Shown piece by piece: positions 58,315 to 64,000 of a stretch of DNA of 64,000 nt; the first letter of the stretch is position 1, and every line of letters begins with the position of its first letter. The notes under the pieces are model-generated. The model saw only the letters and a program-made list of their open reading frames with translations. It searched no databases and had not been told where the DNA came from. The DNA comes from Candidatus Levyibacteriota bacterium (GTDB lineage: Bacteria; Patescibacteriota; Microgenomatia; Levybacterales; UBA12049), in contig DAHWUP010000002.1 of assembly GCA_027334565.1 (NCBI GenBank), positions 82,240 to 146,239 on the forward strand, given 5' to 3'. The translations under genes and the position numbers were made by a program.

Positions 58315-59538
58315 TTATTTAATTTTTTTCAACAATTCCTGAAGGGTTAATAATTCACTATTGCTTGCTGTTCTCTCTTTAAATTCGATCTTTCCCCCGC
58401 TCCTTTGCGAAACCACCAAACGGTATGGTATGCCTATCAAATCTGCGTCGGCGAATTTTTCTCCGGCCGAGACATCCCTGTCATCGTACAAAACCTCCAT
58501 ACCGCTTTCTTGCAGTTCCCGATAGACCTTTTCCGCCTGTTCATCCGTGCCTAAAGAAATAAGGTGTACGAGATACGGCGCAACGGCTTTCGGCCAGATG
58601 ATCCCCTTCTGGTCGTGAAACAGTTCGACCAAAGTGCCTAAAACTCTGGTGGGTCCGATACCGTAACTTGCAAGCCAAACGGGTTTCCTTTGCCCGCTCT
58701 GGTCGTTATAATACCCGCCCATCTTCTCGGCGTACATTGTACCCAAAGGAAAGATATTACCAACCTCGATCGCCTTGGCTTCCACCATTTTGCCTTTTCT
58801 GCATTTAGGACATATCTCCCCTTTCTTCCCTTTAAAAATCTCCTTATTTTGGGCAAAATCGCAGTTGTCACAATAAAAAATAGTATCTTCGCCCTGATCG
58901 CTCAATACCTGGAATTCATGTGTGATGTTCTCGGTGAACACTCCCCCTCCGGCTTCAACGATTTTTACATCAAATCCGATCCTCTTAAAGATTTTAAAAT
59001 AGCTTTCGGCCACTTCCCAGTAATATTTGTACATGTCATCCTTGGTTAAATGCGCACTGTATAAGTCTTTCATCAGGAATTCCCTGGCTCGAAGTATTCC
59101 TGACTTAGCCCTGGGTTCATATCTGAATTTGGTTGAGAAATGATAAATTTTTATGGGAAATTCCTTGGGGCTTACATAAAGCTTGGTAATTAAATACATC
59201 ACTATCTCTTCGTGCGTAAAGGAAAGTCCGTATTCCTTGTCATCCTTTTTAAGCTGATACATGATGTCTCTGGCCTTATCCCAGCGGCCGGTCTCTTTCC
59301 ATATCTCTTTGGGATGAAGAAGCGGCATCAACATTTCCTGCGCTCCGGTTTTATCAAGTTCTTCACGGATAATATCGTTAATTTTTGTCACAACCCGAAA
59401 TCCTAAAGGTAGAAGCGTCCACGAACCGGACATCAGTTGATCGATAAATCCCGCCTGTACAAGTAATTTATGGTTGACTGACTCGGCCGCTTTAGGCGCC
59501 TGCTTTAAAGTTTTCGGAAAATTATGAGAATATCTCAT
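58315..59538 (-). CDS. proS: prolyl-tRNA synthetase, short bacterial-type form lacking the INS editing domain, with a 4-Cys zinc-ribbon insertion
   Basis: N-terminus MRYSHNFPKTLKQAPKAAESVNHKLLVQAGFI (compare [22 protein letters not shown]); CDNCDF..CPKC. Confidence 0.85.
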   Translation of the reverse strand: MRYSHNFPKTLKQAPKAAESVNHKLLVQAGFIDQLMSGSWTLLPLGFRVVTKINDIIREELDKTGAQEMLMPLLHPKEIWKETGRWDKARDIMYQLKKDDKEYGLSFTHEEIVMYLITKLYVSPKEFPIKIYHFSTKFRYEPRAKSGILRAREFLMKDLYSAHLTKDDMYKYYWEVAESYFKIFKRIGFDVKIVEAGGGVFTENITHEFQVLSDQGEDTIFYCDNCDFAQNKEIFKGKKGEICPKCRKGKMVEAKAIEVGNIFPLGTMYAEKMGGYYNDQSGQRKPVWLASYGIGPTRVLGTLVELFHDQKGIIWPKAVAPYLVHLISLGTDEQAEKVYRELQESGMEVLYDDRDVSAGEKFADADLIGIPYRLVVSQRSGGKIEFKERTASNSELLTLQELLKKIK

Positions 59539-59592
59539 ACGGATGAGTATACCATTTTTCCTTTTTATATTGTATACTCTTAAAATTATCTA

Positions 59593-59946
59593 ATGAATGA
59601 GCGACAGCCCCAAGACAACGGAAATTTGGATGGTGTCATCAAAGACGAAATAAGCGTCAACTACATCAACCCCGCAAACGCTTCGGGACATAACTTAAGA
59701 AGACTAATTGCCGAAACAATTTTTTCACCCAAAAGTGAAGCAAGTCTAAGGTACAACCTCCATGATTACGAAGATGAATTAACTACCGATCAGCTTGAAA
59801 GCGTTAGGCATACGGGTTTATACGATATAATCGGGTTCATTAATGAAAAGGCGTGTGAGCTGGGTTTTGCAGATGAAATAATAGTTGTAAGCAAGGGTCC
59901 CTTCCCGACAGAAATAATAAATTCCGAAAGCCAGAGAATCATTTAA
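59593..59946 (+). CDS. hypothetical protein (117 aa)
   Basis: ORF only. Confidence 0.3.
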   Translation: MNERQPQDNGNLDGVIKDEISVNYINPANASGHNLRRLIAETIFSPKSEASLRYNLHDYEDELTTDQLESVRHTGLYDIIGFINEKACELGFADEIIVVSKGPFPTEIINSESQRII

Positions 59947-59978
59947 TTTAGAGCTTCTTATCTGTCTGAATTTTAAGT

Positions 59979-60305
59979 TCAGACCACCTCCGTTCCCTTA
60001 GGAACGTCTATCTCGGGAATAAGAAGTACGGTTTTTTCAGGTACGTCAATTGCCATCAGCATCCCTTGTGATTCTTCTCCCTTGAATTTGCGGTATTGAA
60101 GATTCACGATAAAAGGCAACCTCTTCCCTACCAATTCTTCGGGCTTAAAACTTTCCGCGATCCCCGAAACAATCTGCCTTTGAAACTCTCCGAAATCAAC
60201 CTGAAGCTTTAAAAGCTTATCCGCATTTTCGACTTTCTCGACGGATAAAATTTCACCTATTCTGATCTCAACCTTCTTAAAATCGTCTAAAGCTATTTGG
60301 TCCAT
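59979..60305 (-). CDS. tRNA-binding domain protein (CsaA/Trbp111-like OB fold)
   Basis: FKKVEIRIGEILSVEKVENADKLLKLQVDFGE.. Confidence 0.75.
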   Translation of the reverse strand: MDQIALDDFKKVEIRIGEILSVEKVENADKLLKLQVDFGEFQRQIVSGIAESFKPEELVGKRLPFIVNLQYRKFKGEESQGMLMAIDVPEKTVLLIPEIDVPKGTEVV

Positions 60306-60319
60306 AAAAGAAATTATAC

Positions 60320-61222
60320 TTATTTCCCAATCTCATGTCCACCGAAAGCGTTCCTTAATGCATTCAGGACTTTCGTGGAAAATGCTCTGTGTAGCTCTTT
60401 TTGCTTTTGGGTTTGCAGCCTGTATCGAAGCGAATCCTCGATAATCCTTATATTTATACCTTTGTTCTTTGCTTCCTCTATAGTCCACCTTGCTTCACCC
60501 GATTCGCTAACCGGCCCTTCCATCATCTTAAGGTCGGGGCTATTTTTCAAGGATTCAGCCAAGCGGTCCATCAGAAATCCGGAAATGACCGTTCCCTTTT
60601 GAAAAACCTCCGCCACCTTTACAAGATCGAATTTATAATCAGATTTCTCAAGGACTTCAAACCCTTCTGCCAAAGACTGCATCATCCCATACTCGATCCC
60701 GTTATGCGCCATTTTTATGAAGTGCCCCGCCCCGCCTTCGCCAAAAAACTTGTGTCCGCCTTTCGGTTTTGCCAGCGAATCAAGTAAGGGAATGATGTAC
60801 TCGTATGCCTCCTTTGAACCTCCGGCCATTAGCGGATAACCGCTTCCCTCGGCCAAGATCCCGCCGCTTATACCGATGCCCAAGTACTCAATACCCATAG
60901 GTTTAAAATGCCCGAAGCGTCTTTCCGTATCCTTAAAATATGCGTTCCCGCCGTCGACAACGATGTCGCCTTTTTCAAGATACGGCTCAAGCTGATCCAG
61001 CACTCCCTGGGTCGCCTCACCCGCAGGCAGCATCAACCATAAAACTTTGGGGCGGGGCAATTTGGAAATCAAGTTTTCGATGTTTTTAGAAATTTCCAAT
61101 CCCGAAATATCTTTGGGGCCTCTGTTCCAGGCAATCACCCGATGTCCCGATTTTGACAACTTAAGAGCGATCCTTGAACCCATTTTTCCAAGCCCCAGAA
61201 CGCCGACTGTCATATCAACCAC
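60320..61222 (-). CDS. gnd: 6-phosphogluconate dehydrogenase (decarboxylating), short form
   Basis: VGVLGLGKMGSRIALKL; AYFKD..; 13-nt overlap with zwf. Confidence 0.85.
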   Translation of the reverse strand: MVDMTVGVLGLGKMGSRIALKLSKSGHRVIAWNRGPKDISGLEISKNIENLISKLPRPKVLWLMLPAGEATQGVLDQLEPYLEKGDIVVDGGNAYFKDTERRFGHFKPMGIEYLGIGISGGILAEGSGYPLMAGGSKEAYEYIIPLLDSLAKPKGGHKFFGEGGAGHFIKMAHNGIEYGMMQSLAEGFEVLEKSDYKFDLVKVAEVFQKGTVISGFLMDRLAESLKNSPDLKMMEGPVSESGEARWTIEEAKNKGINIRIIEDSLRYRLQTQKQKELHRAFSTKVLNALRNAFGGHEIGK

Positions 61223-62667
61223 TTCCTCCCGTCTTTTTCAATTAATGCATCCGCTTCCTTAACCCCCCAGCTGCCGCGTGTATAAGTTTTGATAGGGGTT
61301 TTTTCCTCCTCCCAGTTTCTTAGAATGTCCGTTATAAGTCTCCAGGAACTTTCCAATTCGTCCGAACGGCTGAATAACATCTGGTCTCCGAAAAAAATAT
61401 CCAGAAGTATTTTTTCGTAGGCCTCCAGCCCTCTTGTTCCGAAACTTTCCTTATAATTAAATTTCATATCCACCGAATCGAGTCCCAATTTTACCCCCGG
61501 TGTCTTGGCGATGAAGCGAAGGTTTATCCCTTCATCGGGCTGAATCCTGAAGGTAATGACGTTTCCTATCTCGGGACAACCGTACTCCTTAAATAGAATG
61601 TGGCAGGTCTGTATGAAAACTACCGAAATCTCGATAACATGTTCCGGCATATCCTTACCGGCTCTAACATAAAACGGTACTCCTTCAAACTTTGGGGTAT
61701 CGACAAACAACTTCATCGCTACAAACGTTTCGGTTTGGGAATCGGAAGAAACGTTCTCCTCGTTTAAGTATCCTTGATATTGCCCTTTGACCACCGAATC
61801 CTTTTGGTCACAACGAAGTGATGCGATCACCTTGGCTCTGGCGTCCCTTAGATCTTCCTTGGTAAAGCTTTTCGGGCTTTCCATCGCCACTGCCGCCAGA
61901 AGCTGCATCAGATGGTTTTGGGCTATATCCCGAAGCTCCCCCACTCCGTCGAAAAATCGTCCGCGGTTGCCGATCCCGCCCTTTTCGGCGAATGTGATCT
62001 GTACGTGGTCTATAAAGTTCTTGTTCCAGACCGGCTCGAAAATACCGTTGGCAAACCTAAAAGCCAACATATTCTGCACGGTTTCCTTTCCAAGGTAATG
62101 ATCAACCCTAAAAATCTGCCTTTCGTCAAAAATCTCCCCTAACTTTTTATCCAGACTTCTGGCGGTTTCAAGGTCCTTTCCGAAGGGCTTTTCGATAACT
62201 ATCCTTGTCCAGCTGCCCTTACCGAAATCTTCCGAGGGATATCCGCAACCTTCGGATAATTTGGTTTTGACCAGGCTATCCAAAATAGCCTCGTCGTAAT
62301 CCGGAGGAGTTGCCAGATAGTAAAACCGGGTTACGCACGCCCCAATCTGCGAATCGATTACCTTTAACTTTTCCGAAAGTTCAAGATAACCCTTATCGTC
62401 TTCAAAACTTCCGTCCTGGTAAAATAAATGTTTGGTAAAGTCCTCCCACCCAGGGTCTTTGCTTTCCTGTGTAAAGTATCCGCGAAAATGTTCGTCCGAC
62501 AGATTCCTTCTGGAAAAACCGATGATGAAAAATTTATCCGGCAGCATTCCGTTTTTAAACATCGAAAACAATGCCGGAATCAGTTTGTTTTTTGCCAAAT
62601 CCCCCGTCGCCCCGAAGATAACCATGATAAACGGTTGATTCACCTTAAAGTTTTTGGAATTTTCCAT
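61210..62667 (-). CDS. zwf: glucose-6-phosphate 1-dehydrogenase
   Basis: IFGATGDLAKNKLIPAL; RVDHYLGKE. Confidence 0.9.
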   Translation of the reverse strand: MENSKNFKVNQPFIMVIFGATGDLAKNKLIPALFSMFKNGMLPDKFFIIGFSRRNLSDEHFRGYFTQESKDPGWEDFTKHLFYQDGSFEDDKGYLELSEKLKVIDSQIGACVTRFYYLATPPDYDEAILDSLVKTKLSEGCGYPSEDFGKGSWTRIVIEKPFGKDLETARSLDKKLGEIFDERQIFRVDHYLGKETVQNMLAFRFANGIFEPVWNKNFIDHVQITFAEKGGIGNRGRFFDGVGELRDIAQNHLMQLLAAVAMESPKSFTKEDLRDARAKVIASLRCDQKDSVVKGQYQGYLNEENVSSDSQTETFVAMKLFVDTPKFEGVPFYVRAGKDMPEHVIEISVVFIQTCHILFKEYGCPEIGNVITFRIQPDEGINLRFIAKTPGVKLGLDSVDMKFNYKESFGTRGLEAYEKILLDIFFGDQMLFSRSDELESSWRLITDILRNWEEEKTPIKTYTRGSWGVKEADALIEKDGRKWLI

Positions 62668-62719
62668 AATTTAAAAATTATAAAGCCTTGAACAACAAAT
62701 ATAAAGAACTAATCTGATT

Positions 62720-63415
62720 TTACCGAAAATAAACCGATTGGTCCGTAATCAAGACCGTCACTTTAGAAAGCTCCTTCATCAAAAACCTCGCCGGGACCTT
62801 TGTAACGAAACCTTCTTCGAACATTCGCTTTAGGGCTATCTGTTTTTCTTTTCCGAATGCCAAAACGATTATTTTGTCAAACTGCCTTAATGCGGCAAAA
62901 CTTAAGGTAATCCTTTTCTTGTAAACCGTTTTATTCGCATTATAAAAGCTGACCAGTGATGTCTTATCATTTAAAATCGCATCGGAAATCTTCTCGATTG
63001 CCGGTATTCCCGCAGTATGTCCGTCCGTACCGACCCCTAAAATGGCCATGCTTTTTTGAAAATGATTGAATAAGTAACGCACGGTCTCGTCATAATCTTT
63101 GGCTGTGTCCTCAAGACCTTTATTTTGAAGGATCGGGTAGAATTTTATGTTCAGTTCATCAAGTGCGGACAACAATTGAGTATTTTTTATCATCAGCTCG
63201 TTACTATCTATGTAAAACTTCTCCCCGTACCGTTCGTCCACCATCGCAACCGCTCCCGCCTTAAGCTTTTTCTCTTTCGCTAAGAGTTGATACAAAGCTT
63301 TTGGCGTCGATCCGCCGGACAAAAAAAGCACGCTACTTTGGGTTAAATGCTGATAAATAAGAGTTTTGCAGATTTCAAAACCTTCCTTTGGATTGTTAAC
63401 TTTTACTATCTTCAT
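62720..63415 (-). CDS. pgl: 6-phosphogluconolactonase
   Basis: FLSGGSTPKALY..; VDERYG. Confidence 0.8.
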   Translation of the reverse strand: MKIVKVNNPKEGFEICKTLIYQHLTQSSVLFLSGGSTPKALYQLLAKEKKLKAGAVAMVDERYGEKFYIDSNELMIKNTQLLSALDELNIKFYPILQNKGLEDTAKDYDETVRYLFNHFQKSMAILGVGTDGHTAGIPAIEKISDAILNDKTSLVSFYNANKTVYKKRITLSFAALRQFDKIIVLAFGKEKQIALKRMFEEGFVTKVPARFLMKELSKVTVLITDQSVYFR

Positions 63416-64000
63416 TTGGGAATAATCGGCTGCCCGGAGAAAATCCTTAACAAATCGTGCACCGTAATAAGAGCGATAAGTGCGAGTAGAATCGCCATCC
63501 CGACGGTATGAATATACGATTCCAAAACCGGATCGACCTTACGTCTGGTGACAGCTTCGATGGCGATGAATAACAGTCTTCCTCCGTCAAGCGCCGGAAA
63601 AGGTAAAATGTTTACTATCGCAAGGTTTAAGGATAGAAGCGCGACAAATGATAATACCGCGTTAAACCCGATGCTGACCACCGTTCCTGTCAGCTGCGCT
63701 ATGCCGACCGGACCGGCCACATCTTGTGGCACCGCTCCCCTGGTGAGGATTTGGGTCGTAAGCATCACCAGACCGTTCACGATAAGCCAGGTCTCATTCA
63801 ACGCTTCTTTTGTGCCAACGAACGGCGCTTCATACCAGGGATACCTTTTTATATCTGTCCCCGGCGAAATCGCTACCCCCATGGGTCCCTGATTTTTCGG
63901 ATAGTTTTTACGCGGAGTAATGTTTAAAACGATTTCTTTTCCGTTTTGAGTTTTAATAAGAATCGGAATTTGCGTTCCCGCTAGGTGGTCTACCAGTTTT
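63412..64000 (-). CDS. rseP: RIP zinc metalloprotease RseP (site-2 protease), C-terminal part; the gene continues beyond the window edge
   Basis: NLAIVNILPFPALDGGRLLF C-terminal M50 motif; ORF open past nt 63882. Confidence 0.7.
   Translation of the reverse strand, partial: KLVDHLAGTQIPILIKTQNGKEIVLNITPRKNYPKNQGPMGVAISPGTDIKRYPWYEAPFVGTKEALNETWLIVNGLVMLTTQILTRGAVPQDVAGPVGIAQLTGTVVSIGFNAVLSFVALLSLNLAIVNILPFPALDGGRLLFIAIEAVTRRKVDPVLESYIHTVGMAILLALIALITVHDLLRIFSGQPIIPK

Noticed and set aside
1-64000. Scan for tRNA/rRNA, CRISPR repeats, transposase or integrase genes, and phage structural genes
   Set aside because: None seen by eye. No GTTCGAATC-type T-arm contexts outside coding regions, no regularly spaced direct repeats, and no IS- or integrase-like ORFs. 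tRNAs cannot be fully excluded without a covariance search.

Overview
This looks like a low-GC (about 40%), gene-dense bacterial chromosome segment, almost certainly from a streamlined Candidate Phyla Radiation (CPR)/Patescibacteria-like lineage. The pointers are a split transketolase, a short ProRS, a short 6PGDH, an N-truncated RF1, many secreted proteins with Pro/Thr-rich linkers, weak or absent Shine-Dalgarno (SD) sites and frequent 4-nt start/stop overlaps. Housekeeping is confidently recognisable: hisS, rpmE, prfA, murB, htrA, ctpA, rpsF-ssb-rpsR, ychF, cysS, recR, ybaB, dnaX, prs, ybeY, rpsU, proS, a pentose-phosphate and glycolysis block (glycerate kinase, split tkt, fba, gnd, zwf, pgl) and a partial rseP. 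I saw no rRNA, tRNA, CRISPR array, transposase or integrase. The most interesting candidate system is a four-gene minus-strand operon (40064-43364). It encodes two tandemly duplicated membrane-anchored FMN-binding-domain proteins, an ApbE flavin transferase, and a 521-aa fusion of an RnfD/NqrB-like polytopic membrane domain to an FNR-type FAD/NAD(P)-binding reductase. Together these look like a minimal one-protein Nqr/Rnf-like NAD(P)H-to-extracytosolic-flavin electron conduit. Other accessory-looking loci are a CYTH-domain three-gene operon divergent from a GC-rich orphan ParB-like gene; a Cas4-like PD-(D/E)xK nuclease next to a putative MazG-like protein and two unknown genes; a GC-rich 500-aa PP2C-like protein with degenerate catalytic motifs; a divergent pair of luciferase-like oxidoreductases, one resembling F420-dependent G6PD; surface proteins with tandem Ig-like repeats; and two unannotated small membrane-protein ORFs with strong SD sites.
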